DNA of 64,000 nucleotides, from positions 57,246 through 121,245 of the forward strand of contig NW_013657639.1 in the NCBI RefSeq assembly GCF_000142905.1, read 5' to 3'. The position numbers and the translations under genes were made by a program. The stretch comes from Thecamonas trahens ATCC 50062. Lineage: Eukaryota; Protista; Apusomonadida. The notes below the pieces were generated by a model, which was not told the origin of the DNA, searched no databases, and worked only from the letters and a program-made list of their open reading frames with translations. Positions 44,886 to 55,756 of the stretch are shown piece by piece (within the stretch, counting starts at the first letter, position 1; each line of letters begins with the position of its first letter).

Positions 44886-47509
44886 ATGGCTTTGAGACAA
44901 GCCCGCAGCCTCTTTGTCGCATGTATGGCGTGTTTGCTCCTTGCCAGTGCGGCATGGGCCACTAAGACCGTCTCGTGCGACCAAGGCTCCGGCATGCTGC
45001 TGCCCGAGGTGCGTGGCCACCTGGCGTGTCGTGGGATGGGGAGGGGGAGGAGGGAGAGGGAGGCGGCGGCTTGCGGTGGGCGGCTGTCACACTGCCAATT
45101 TCGTGTCGGGCAGATGCCAGCCGTTGAGGGCGTGATGGGCAGCTGGGGAGGGGATTTGGAGCGGTGGCAGGATGAGAGGGGAGCGGGAGTGGGATGCGTG
45201 TGTGTGAATGTGTGGCTTATGGGGTGTGATGGGCGGATGTGGGATGAGTAGGTCATGCTGACGCACATCAGAGTCAAGCCGCAGCTCGTGCTCACGCCGT
45301 ACTACAACAACTCGCTGTGGGCAAGCAACCTGACCATTTCGCAGCGGATCCACACGCCGAGCCACGGGTGGCGGCCGTGGGTAGTCGGGCACGTGGCGAC
45401 GGAGTTGGCGAACGGGACGCGTGTGCTCGATCACGACGTGCCGTCGTTTGTTGTCAACTCGGCGGGGATGGTCCGGCTGGAGGTCATTGTCCGTGCGGCC
45501 GGAAGCACGGACTCGCTCTGTGGCTTTACCACGATCCGGCGGGTGCTTCCGGGGTGGGTCTCGGTCCTCCCTCCGATGCTGACGACTGTGGTGGCGATTG
45601 CCTTCCGGCAGGTCCTCCTCGCGCTGTTCTCGGGCGTCTGGCTGGCGGCGTTTCTGCTCAACCGGCTCGACCCGCTCGAGGGTCTGCTGCGGTCGGCAGA
45701 CACGTACTGGGTGCAGGCTATCGAGGGCTCGGGTCACCCCGGCGTCATTCTGTTCACCTTTTTCCTCGGCGGGTGCATCGGGATTGTGTCCAAGATGGGC
45801 GGGACGCTCGGGCTGGCCAAGGTAGTGACCAAGCTGACCAAGTCGTCGTTTTCGGCCAAGGTCTGTACGCTTGCCATGGGCCTTGTCATCTTCTTTGATG
45901 ACTATTCGTCAATTCTAATTGTGGGCTCGACGATGAAGCCAATTCTGTCGCGGCTCGCGGTCTCGCCGGCCAAGTTTGCCTTTCTCATCCATGTCATGGG
46001 CGCGTGCCTGGCGTCGTTTGCGCCGGTCTCGTCGTGGGTCGGCGTGGAGGTCGGCTACATTCAGACGCAGTACGAGCAGTTGGGGCTCGACGGCGATGCG
46101 TTTGTCATTTTCCTGCAGACCATCCCGTACCGGTTCTTCCCTGTCCTCATGATTGTCTTTGTTTGGATCCTCACGCTAATGCGGCGCGACTTTGGGCCGA
46201 TGCTGGCACTCGAGGAGGATGCGCTGGCGGAGCAGGAGGCGGTGTCGCGACGGCGGACCGACTCGTCGATGTCGATGGCGTCATCGCGGCGCGGCATGTC
46301 TATCAACTCGGCCAAGTATGCACTGCGGTCGGGCGAGGTCGGCGGTGGGCTCGGATACTCGGTGGATCCTGTGCTCGGCACGCCGCTTTCCCCGAAGAGA
46401 CGACCGGCGACCCGATTCTTGTCCGCGGGCTCTCGTCGAACGAGACGAGCATGCGGGTGGGCGACGAGCCGCGACTGCTGTCCGGGGCGAGCTCGGACAG
46501 TGGTTCAGGCGACGGGGCCGGGGCTGGTGACGGCGGGGCGCTGGCCCCCAAGCCGGGCGCGCCGCAGCGCTGGTTCAACGCTGCCATTCCATTTGGCATC
46601 ATCATTGTGGTCACGTTTGTGGGCATGTACCTCGACGGGTACTACACGCTGCGCGGCGAGAAGAACCCGCCGCCGCGGACGCTGGTCAACATCTTCTCCA
46701 ACGCCAACTCGATCGACGCGCTGCTCTGGGCGTCGCTGTTGGGCACGATGGCGGCGCTCTTCCTCGCGCTACTGCAGTGCATTCTCACGCTGTCTGAGGC
46801 CATGGAGGCATGGGTCGAGGGCGTCAAGGACATCCTGGAGGCGATCATCATCCTGCTGCTGGCGTGGGCCCTCGGCGGAGTCATCTTTGATTTGCAAACG
46901 GCTGCATTCCTCTCGGAGATCTGCAATGGCATCCCGGTCGGCATCCTTCCGCTCATCATCACCCTCACGGCCTTCCTCATGTCGTTTGCCACGGGCTCTG
47001 CTTTTGGCACCATGGGCATCCTCTTCCCTCTTGTCGTCCCGCTCGCCTACACGCTATCGACCAAGTCAACCGCGCACGCAGCGTCCAACGTCGTCCTCCA
47101 GTCGGTCTCGTCGGTGCTGTCGGGCGCGGTGTTTGGCAACGTCATTGCGCCGATTGCCGATAACTCGGTGCTCGCGTGTATGGTCTCTGGTGCCGACATT
47201 CCGCTGCACATCTCGTCGATGGCGTTGTACGTCGGCATTGTCTCGGTCGTCTCGCTGCTGGGCGGGACCATTCCGTGCGGGCTCGGGTGGTACCCGTCGT
47301 GGGTCGGCCTCCTCATCTGTACAGCCATCCTCATTGGCATTGTCTTTGTGTTTGGCAAGGTGCCATCGGTAGACCGGGGGATGGCGCGGATCAGCGAGCG
47401 GACCGCGCTTCTCAGCGGAGCGGTGGCCGAGTCGGGCGGCGTCGACTTTTACGAGACCGATGTGCCCCAGAAGCGGCGCATCTTCTGTCCGTGCTGGAGG
47501 TCGAAGTAA
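44886..47509 (+). CDS. NhaC-family Na+/H+ antiporter with signal peptide; exon 1 44886-45008, exon 2 from 45252, frame break ~46390
   Basis: SVLPPML, IFFDDYSSILIVG, APVSSWVGVEVG, FLQTIPYRFFP, RRDFGPML in the first ORF. SFATGSAFGTMGILFP, GAVFGNVIAPIADNSVL in the second. Intron is GTGCGT..TAG. Confidence 0.88.
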
Positions 47510-47515
47510 AGTGAT

Positions 47516-50500
47516 TTAGCTCTGCGTCGCCGACGCATACACCGAGTCAATGGTGGCGAGTAGGTGTGAGAGGTCAGGCGCGGGCGGCGTCGGCGGGAGG
47601 GCGCGGAGCTGCTGCAAGAGTGCGGCAGCCGAAGTCGCTGAGGCGGCAGCGGCGGTGCGGAAAGTGTTCACCTCCGAGTGGGTCCTAAGCAGGTCGGTCT
47701 CGAGCGTGGCCTTGGCCTCGACAGCAGCCTCAAGCTCTGCCTCGAGCATGGTCTTGGCGTCAGCAGCTGACTGCAGGGTCTCAATCTCGGCGCGAGCAGC
47801 CATAAGCTCTGCCTCGAGCGTGGCATTGGCGTCGGCAGCAACGGACTGCAGGGTCTCGATCTCGGCGCGGGCAGCCTCAAGCTCTGCCTCGAGCGTGGCA
47901 TTGGCATCGGCAGCAACGGACTGCAGGGTCTCGATCTTGGCGCGGGCAGCATCGAGTTCGGTCTCGAGCGTGGCCTTGGCCTCAACAGCAGCCTCAAGCT
48001 CTGCCTCGAGCGTGGCCTTGGCGTCAGCAGAAGCTTCAAGCTCTACCTCGAGCGAGGCCTTGGCCTTGGCAGTAGCCTCAAGCTCTGCCTCGAGCGTGGC
48101 CTTGGCGTCAACAGCTGACTGCAGGGTCCCGCTCTCGGCGCGGGCAGCCTCAAGCTCTGCCTCGAGCGTGGCCTTGACGTCAGTCGCGGACTGCAGGGTC
48201 TCGATCTCGGTGTGGGTAGCTTCGAGCTCTGCCTCGAGCGTAGCCTTAGCGTCAGCAGTAGCTTCAAGCTCTGCCTCGAGCGAGGCCTTGGCCTCGACAG
48301 TAGCCTCAAGCTCTGCCTCGAGCGTGGCCTTGGCGTCAACAGCTGACTGCAGGGTTTCGATCTCGGCGCGGGCAGCCTCGAGTTCTGCCTCGAGCGTGGC
48401 CTTGGCGTCAGCAGCTGACTGCAGGGTCTCGATCTCGGTGCGGGCAGCCTCGAGATCGGTCTCGAGTGTGGCCTTGGCCTCGACAGCAACGGACTGCAGG
48501 GTCTCGATCTCGGCGCGGGCAGCCTCAAGCTCTGCCTCGAGCGCGGCCTTGGCCTCGACAGTAGCCTCAAGCTCTGCCTCGAGCGTGGCCTTGGCGTCAA
48601 CAGCTGACTGCAGGGTTTCGATCTCGGCGCGGGCAGCCTCAAGCTCTGCCTCGAGCGTGGCCTTGGCCTCGACAGTAGCCTCAAGCTCTGCCTCGAGCGT
48701 GGCCTTGGCGTCAACAGCTGACTGCAGGGTTTCGATCTCGGCGCGGGCAGCCTCGAGTTCTGCCTCGAGCGTGGCCTTGGCGTCAGCAGCTGACTGCAGG
48801 GTCTCGATCTCGGTGCGGGCAGCCTCGAGATCGGTCTCGAGTGTGGCCTTGGCCTCGACAGCAACGGACTGCAGGGTCTCGATCTCGGCGCGGGCAGCCT
48901 CGAGATCAGTCTCGAGCGTGGCCTTGGCCTCGACAGTAGCCTCAAGCTCTGCCTCGAGCGTGGCCTTGGCGTCAACAGCTGACTGCAGGGTTTCGATCTC
49001 GGCGCGGGCAGCCTCGAGTTCTGCCTCGAGCGTGGCCTTGGCCTCGACAGCAGCCTCGAGATCGGTCTCGAGTGTGGCCTTGGCGTCAACAGCTGACTGC
49101 AGGGTTTCAATCTCGGCGCGGGCAGCCTCAAGCTCTACCTCGAGCGTGGCCTTGGCCTCGACAGCAGCCTCGAGTTCGGTCTCGAGCGTGGCCTTGGCCT
49201 CGACAGCTGACTGCAGGGTCTCGATCTCGGTGCGGGCAGCCTCGAGATCGGTCTCGAGCGTGACCTTGGCCTCGACAGCAGCTTCAAGCTCTGCCTCGAG
49301 CGTGGCATTGGCGTCAACAGCTGACTGCAGGGTTTCGATCTCGGCGCGGGCAGCCTCGAGTTCTGCCTCGAGCGTGGCCTTGGCGTCAGCAGCTGACTGC
49401 AGGGTCTCGATCTCGGTGCGGGCAGCCTCGAGATCGGTCTCGAGTGTGGCCTTGGCCTCGACAGCAACGGACTGCAGGGTCTCGATCTCGGCGCGGGCAG
49501 CCTCGAGATCAGTCTCGAGCGTGGCCTTGGCCTCGACAGTAGCCTCAAGCTCTGCCTCGAGCGTGGCATTGGCGTTAGCAGCTGACTGCAGGGTCTCGAT
49601 CTCGGCGTGGGCAGCCTCGAGATCAGTCTCGAGCGTGGCCTTGGCCTCGACAGCAGCCTCGAGATCAGTCTCGAGCGTGACCTTAGCGTCAGCAGCTGAC
49701 TGCAGGGTCTCGATCTCGGCGCGAGCAGCCTCGAGATCGGTCTCGAGTGTGGCCTTGGCCTCGACAGCAACGGACTGCAGGGTCTCGATCTCGGCGCGGG
49801 CAGCCTCAAGCTCTGCCTCGAGCGTGGCCTTGGCCTCGATAGCAGCCTCGAGTTCGGTCTCGAGCGTGGCCTTGGCGTCAGCAGCTGACTGCAGGGTCTC
49901 GATCTCGGTGCGGGCAGCCTCGAGATCGGTCTCGAGTGTGGCCTTGGCCTCGACAGCAGCTTCAAGCTCTGCCTCGAGCGTGGCCTTGGCGTCAGCAGAA
50001 GCTTCAAGCTCAACCTCGAGCGAGGCCTTGGCCTCGACAGTAGCCTCAAACTCTGCCTCGAGCGTGACCTTGGCCTCGACAGCAGCTTCAAGCTCTGCCT
50101 CGAGCGTGGCATTGGCGTCAACAGCTGACTGCAGGGTTTCGATCTCGGCGCGGGCAGCCTCAAGCTCTACCTCGAGCGTGGCCTTGGCCTCGACAGCAGC
50201 CTCGAGTTCGGTCTCGAGCGTGGCCTTGGCCTCGACAGCTGACTGCAGGGTCTCGATCTTGGCGTGGGCAGCCTCGAGTTCGGTCTCGAGCGTGGCCTTG
50301 GCCTCGACAGCAGCTTCAAGCTCTGCCTCGAGCGTGGCATTGGCGTCAACAGCTGACTGCAGGGTTTCGATCTCGGCGCGGGCAGCCTCGAGTTCTGCCT
50401 CGAGCGTGGCCTTGGCCTCGACAGCAACGGACTGCAGGGTCTCGATCTCGGCGCGGGCAGCCTCAAGCTCTGCCTCGAGCGTGGCCTTGGCCTCGACAGC

Positions 50501-53500
50501 AGCCTCGAGATCAGTCTCGAGCGTGGCCTTGGCCTCGACAGCAGCATCGAGATCAGTCTCGAGCATGACCTTAGCGTCAGCAGCTGACTGCAGGGTCTCA
50601 ATCTCGGCGTGAGCAGCTTCAAGCTCTGCCTCGAGCGTGGCATTGGCATCGGCAGCAACGGACTGCAGGGTCTCGATCTCGGCGCGGGCAGCCTCAAGCT
50701 CTGCCTCGAGCGTGGCCTTGGCCTCGACAGCAGCCTCGAGATCGGTCTCGAGTGTGGCCTTGGCGTCAACAGCTGACTGCAGGGTTTCGATCTCGGCGCG
50801 GGCAGCCTCAAGCTCTACCTCGAGCGTGGCCTTGGCCTCGATAGCAGCTTCAAGCTCTACCTCGAGCGTGGCCTTGGCCTCAACAGCAGCCTCAAGCTCT
50901 GCCTCGAGCGTGGCCTTGGCCTCGACAGCAGCCTCGAGTTCGGTCTCGAGCGTGGCCTTGGCGTCAGCAGAAGCTTCAAGCTCTACCTCGAGCGAGGCCT
51001 TGGCCTCGACAGTAGCCTCAAGCTCTGCCTCGAGCGTGGCCTTGGCGTCAACAGCTGACTGCAGGGTCTCGCTCTCGGCGCGGGCAGCCTCAAGCTCTGC
51101 CTCGAGCGTGGCCTTGACGTCAGTCGCGGACTGCAGGGTCTCGATCTCGGTGTGGGTAGCTTCGAGCTCTGCCTCGAGCGTAGCCTTAGCGTCAGCAGTA
51201 GCTTCAAGCTCTGCCTCGAGCGAGGCCTTGGCCTCGACAGTAGCCTCAAGCTCTGCCTCGAGCGTGGCCTTGGCGTCAACAGCTGACTGCAGGGTTTCGA
51301 TCTCGGTGCGGGCAGCCTCGAGATCAGTCTCGAGCGTGGCCTTGGCCTCGACAGCAGCCTCGAGTTCGGTCTCGAGTGTGGCCTTGGCCTCGACAGCTGA
51401 CTGCAGGGTCTCGATCTCGGCGTGGGCAGCCTCGAGATCGGTCTCGAGCGTGGCCTTGGCCTCGACAGCTGACTGCAGGGTCTCGATCTCGGTGCGGGCA
51501 GCCTCGAGATCAGTCTCGAGCGTGGCCTTGGCCTCGACAGCAGCATCGAGATCGGTCTCGAGCGTGGCCTTGGCGTCAACAGCTGACTGCAGGGTCTCGA
51601 TCTCGGCGCGGGCAGCCTCGAGTTCGGTATCGAGCGTGGTCTTGGCCTCGACGACTGACTGAAGAGCCGCGATCTCGGCGCGGGCTGCCTCGAGATCGGC
51701 CTCAAATCTCGCTTGTTTGGCGAGTAGCTCAGCGCGTGCAGAGACCAACTCGTCCTCGACAGATGAGTTGTTCTTTGATTGCTCGCGCAGCGCGTCGATG
51801 ACAGAGCTCTGGACTTGGATCTTGCTGCTCATTTCCAGAGCTTCCAACTGTCGCTGCTCGGCATTAGCCTTAGCGTCAACAAGCTCAGCCTTGGCGCTAT
51901 CCAGCTCTGCCTCCCACTCGGCGGCGTGCTCGGCTCTAACTTTGACATCAGTCATGGCCACAGCCAGCTGAGCCTCCAGCTCGATCACGCGCCCAGCATC
52001 GGCCTCGGCCTTGGCCTTTGCCACATCTAGTTCAGCCTTCAGCTCGGCCACACGCTCAGCATCGGCCTTAGCATCGGCAAGCTGAGCCTCGGCCGCCTCA
52101 AGTTGTACAATAGCACGCTTGGCATCGGCCTTGGCCTCCCCAAGCTCAACCTTGGCCTTCTCCAGCTCGGCTTCAACCTGGCCTACCTGCAAAACTTGGT
52201 CCTCGGCCGCTGCCAGCGCAGACTGCACCTCGGCAAGCGCCGCCAGTGTCTGCTGCTGCGCTGTCTCTGCGCTTGCCACGTCAGCCTCGAGCTCACCCAC
52301 GTGCGCAACCTCGGCCTCGAGCACCGCCACTCGCTGCGCATCGGCCTCTAGACTTGCGCATCTCGCCCTCAGAGCCCGCATCTCCGACTCGAGTGCCACC
52401 TGCGCCTCATGCGCAACCTGGAGCTCGGCCTCGAGCCCAAACCGCTCGTCCACCGCCGCGCGCAACGAGCTCACGACCCTTGCCCGCTGCTCGGCCTCGG
52501 CCATCAGCATGTCGACACGAGACTCGAGCCCAAACTTATCTTCCATCTCGGCACGGAGCTTGCTGATGACTTCGTCCTGCATCGTCGTCTTGGACTCCAG
52601 CCGCGCCCTCGACTGCTCGGCCTGTGCAAGCTCCTGCTCGCGCATCTCGAGTTGGGCCTGAAGCGCCTCGCTCTCGCGCCACGCATCTTGCGCCGCCGCC
52701 GCCCGATGGGCTTCCTGTAACTTGCCGCGCAGGACCTCGATGCGCTTTTCAAGCCCCTTTTGATCCTCCGTCAGCTCCTCCAGCTCCAGCTCCAGCTGCT
52801 CGACATGCTCCTCTCTGGCACGCAACTGCATCCGCACATCGCGGTTCCGTGCGCGAAGGCTCTCGATCTCGGTCGCCGCTGCCGTGCACCTATGGCAAAT
52901 GCTGCTGCTGCCTCCCTCCCTGACATCGCCTGCCTTGACGTCGTCCACAAGCCCCTCGAGCTTGGCCTTCAGCCACTCGGCGCCACGCCGAGCCTGCACA
53001 ACGTCTTCCAGCTCCATCACTCGCGTGCGGAGCTTGGCAATGACGCCCACCTGGGCTTCAATCGTCTCGAACGCCTGTACCTGCGCCAGTTGCGCACCTG
53101 CCTCGACCTCGCGGATTCGTACCGCCAGCTGCCCAGCTTCAGCCTGCGCTAGCGACGCACTCGAGCTTGCCTGCCGCTCCATCGCGCTCGCCATCGCCGC
53201 AATCCGCGCTTGCGCCGCTGCGTGCGCCTCTGCCACCTCGCTCCGCGCCTTGACTAAAGCATCCGACAGCCTGCTCACCGACGCCTCAGCGGCTTCGGCG
53301 GCAGCCACCGCATCGCGCGTGTGCTGTCGCTCCTCGGCTAGCATCCGCTGCGATTCACGCAGTTCGCGCTTGAGCCCGGCAATCTCCAGGTTCGCGGCAA
53401 CAAGCTTCCCTGCACTCTCTTCGGCGTGCTCAATGAGCTCGCTGCGCTCCGCCTCGCGCGAGCTGAGTTCTGCCACCTCGCGCCGCAGACGGGCGTTCTC

Positions 53501-54097
53501 TTGCCGCAGCCGCACGCCCTCGACCTTGGCGTCGCTGGACGTCAGGCTCGAGCCCTGCCCTATTCCAGGCTCACTATCACGCTCACGTTGACGCCCATGC
53601 TCGCGTCTGCGCTCGCGCTTTCGCCGCTGTCGGTTCAGCTCGTCCTCGGTCGCCCGCGCGCGCTTCAGCAGCGCGTCGCGGCTTCCGGCCTCACCCTCTC
53701 CTGCGAGCATCGCACGCAGCTGCGCCTCACGTGCCCGCGACTCCTCCAGCTCGGCGGCGAGAGCAGACGCCCGCGCCCGCTCCGACGCCCACTTTTGCTT
53801 CACCCGCATGGCCGCTGCCGCCGCATCAGCTGCCTCACGGTGCATCGTCGGCGAGTTGAGCGCCAGCGCCTGCATCGTCAGCGGGCTGCTCCGTGCCACC
53901 TTGGATGGCGAGTCCAGGCTTGCCTCACGCATCGACCACTGGGCCAAGAGCTGCAATCTCCGCGCCTTGGCCGAAGCCGTCGGCGCCGGAGAGCGGGCAA
54001 TCGCCGGTGACGACGACGACGATGACGACGATGACGACGACGACACCGACACCGGGGACGTCGCCCTCGCTCCGTCCGAGCCACTCGCCAGACCCAT
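47516..54097 (-). CDS. Very long coiled-coil protein with modular C-terminal repeats
   Basis: Single open frame of >2100 codons, E/A/L-rich heptads; probable ATG 54097 (MGLASGSDG). Confidence 0.8.
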   Translation of the reverse strand: MGLASGSDGARATSPVSVSSSSSSSSSSSSPAIARSPAPTASAKARRLQLLAQWSMREASLDSPSKVARSSPLTMQALALNSPTMHREAADAAAAAMRVKQKWASERARASALAAELEESRAREAQLRAMLAGEGEAGSRDALLKRARATEDELNRQRRKRERRREHGRQRERDSEPGIGQGSSLTSSDAKVEGVRLRQENARLRREVAELSSREAERSELIEHAEESAGKLVAANLEIAGLKRELRESQRMLAEERQHTRDAVAAAEAAEASVSRLSDALVKARSEVAEAHAAAQARIAAMASAMERQASSSASLAQAEAGQLAVRIREVEAGAQLAQVQAFETIEAQVGVIAKLRTRVMELEDVVQARRGAEWLKAKLEGLVDDVKAGDVREGGSSSICHRCTAAATEIESLRARNRDVRMQLRAREEHVEQLELELEELTEDQKGLEKRIEVLRGKLQEAHRAAAAQDAWRESEALQAQLEMREQELAQAEQSRARLESKTTMQDEVISKLRAEMEDKFGLESRVDMLMAEAEQRARVVSSLRAAVDERFGLEAELQVAHEAQVALESEMRALRARCASLEADAQRVAVLEAEVAHVGELEADVASAETAQQQTLAALAEVQSALAAAEDQVLQVGQVEAELEKAKVELGEAKADAKRAIVQLEAAEAQLADAKADAERVAELKAELDVAKAKAEADAGRVIELEAQLAVAMTDVKVRAEHAAEWEAELDSAKAELVDAKANAEQRQLEALEMSSKIQVQSSVIDALREQSKNNSSVEDELVSARAELLAKQARFEADLEAARAEIAALQSVVEAKTTLDTELEAARAEIETLQSAVDAKATLETDLDAAVEAKATLETDLEAARTEIETLQSAVEAKATLETDLEAAHAEIETLQSAVEAKATLETELEAAVEAKATLETDLEAARTEIETLQSAVDAKATLEAELEATVEAKASLEAELEATADAKATLEAELEATHTEIETLQSATDVKATLEAELEAARAESETLQSAVDAKATLEAELEATVEAKASLEVELEASADAKATLETELEAAVEAKATLEAELEAAVEAKATLEVELEAAIEAKATLEVELEAARAEIETLQSAVDAKATLETDLEAAVEAKATLEAELEAARAEIETLQSVAADANATLEAELEAAHAEIETLQSAADAKVMLETDLDAAVEAKATLETDLEAAVEAKATLEAELEAARAEIETLQSVAVEAKATLEAELEAARAEIETLQSAVDANATLEAELEAAVEAKATLETELEAAHAKIETLQSAVEAKATLETELEAAVEAKATLEVELEAARAEIETLQSAVDANATLEAELEAAVEAKVTLEAEFEATVEAKASLEVELEASADAKATLEAELEAAVEAKATLETDLEAARTEIETLQSAADAKATLETELEAAIEAKATLEAELEAARAEIETLQSVAVEAKATLETDLEAARAEIETLQSAADAKVTLETDLEAAVEAKATLETDLEAAHAEIETLQSAANANATLEAELEATVEAKATLETDLEAARAEIETLQSVAVEAKATLETDLEAARTEIETLQSAADAKATLEAELEAARAEIETLQSAVDANATLEAELEAAVEAKVTLETDLEAARTEIETLQSAVEAKATLETELEAAVEAKATLEVELEAARAEIETLQSAVDAKATLETDLEAAVEAKATLEAELEAARAEIETLQSAVDAKATLEAELEATVEAKATLETDLEAARAEIETLQSVAVEAKATLETDLEAARTEIETLQSAADAKATLEAELEAARAEIETLQSAVDAKATLEAELEATVEAKATLEAELEAARAEIETLQSAVDAKATLEAELEATVEAKAALEAELEAARAEIETLQSVAVEAKATLETDLEAARTEIETLQSAADAKATLEAELEAARAEIETLQSAVDAKATLEAELEATVEAKASLEAELEATADAKATLEAELEATHTEIETLQSATDVKATLEAELEAARAESGTLQSAVDAKATLEAELEATAKAKASLEVELEASADAKATLEAELEAAVEAKATLETELDAARAKIETLQSVAADANATLEAELEAARAEIETLQSVAADANATLEAELMAARAEIETLQSAADAKTMLEAELEAAVEAKATLETDLLRTHSEVNTFRTAAAASATSAAALLQQLRALPPTPPAPDLSHLLATIDSVYASATQS
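47690..51700 (-). repeat. Coding tandem repeat of 42-, 72- and 75-nt modules
   Basis: AVEAKATLE(A/T)(E/D)LEA (14 aa) with or without ARAEIETLQS(V) (10/11 aa). Confidence 0.97.
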
Positions 54098-54558
54098 ACC
54101 ACTTCCTCTCACTTCCCGCCTTCGCCACGGCCTCCCTCCAGCCTCTCCACCCACAGCCCTTTGCTTTGCCGTCTTTCTAGCCCTCCGACCTGCACCACCA
54201 CTACCAGTGCCCTCGTTGCGCTCTTGGCGCCATCGACGTCCGCCGCCGGCGCCCGTCCGTAGCTGCGTGGCCCAACCCCCGCACCCACCCATCCACCCAT
54301 CCACCCACGCCCAAGCCCACGCCTGTGAGTCCCCCTCCTCCCCCTCCTCCACTAGCTCTCAACCCACTCCGAGTCCTACGTACCCTGTCGCGTGACATGG
54401 CTCTCACTTGCTCGCGGCACCCGTGTCACGGTCGAGTCTGGTGCTGACCGCTGCCGACGACACGCCGCGCCACTCACACTCAGTCATCGCCCCTACTCTG
54501 TCGCGGATCATCGCTGGTTGACTCGCTGGTTTACCGCACACACACTGGCTTGCGCCGA

Positions 54559-55395
<837 letters not shown>

Positions 55396-55756
55396 TCAGG
55401 CCACATCCACACTCGGTGACTAGCCAGCACTTCCCGAGCCCAGCCAGCAGCCTCACCGCCTTGCGCAAGCCCCACCATGACCATGACTACTCCCGGCACT
55501 GTGTGACTATCAATACCCATGCCCCCCCCCCCCCCCCAACTCGCTCTCGTCAAACACACGCCCACCCGCAACCATCCCTCTTCATCCCCTCCGTCCCTCA
55601 AACATACTTTCTTTCAACTGTTTCAAGTCGGGTGCCGTTGACCGAGGCAGTTCCGTTCGGCGCCCGCCACCGCCACAACCAGCTGTCTCCTCGCTCGGCT
55701 CCATGGGCAAGGTTCCTTGATCTTTCTTCGTACTTGGTGGAGCATGCTCGTTGTGC

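Noticed and set aside
42681-45251. 856-aa plus-strand ORF
   Set aside because: Runs through an N gap, microsatellites, introns and the wrong frame of RFK; only the NhaC first exon shares its frame.
47550-51662. Long plus-strand ORFs (1020 and 341 aa) and Arg/Pro/Ser minus-strand ORFs
   Set aside because: Shadow frames of the GC-rich coding repeat.
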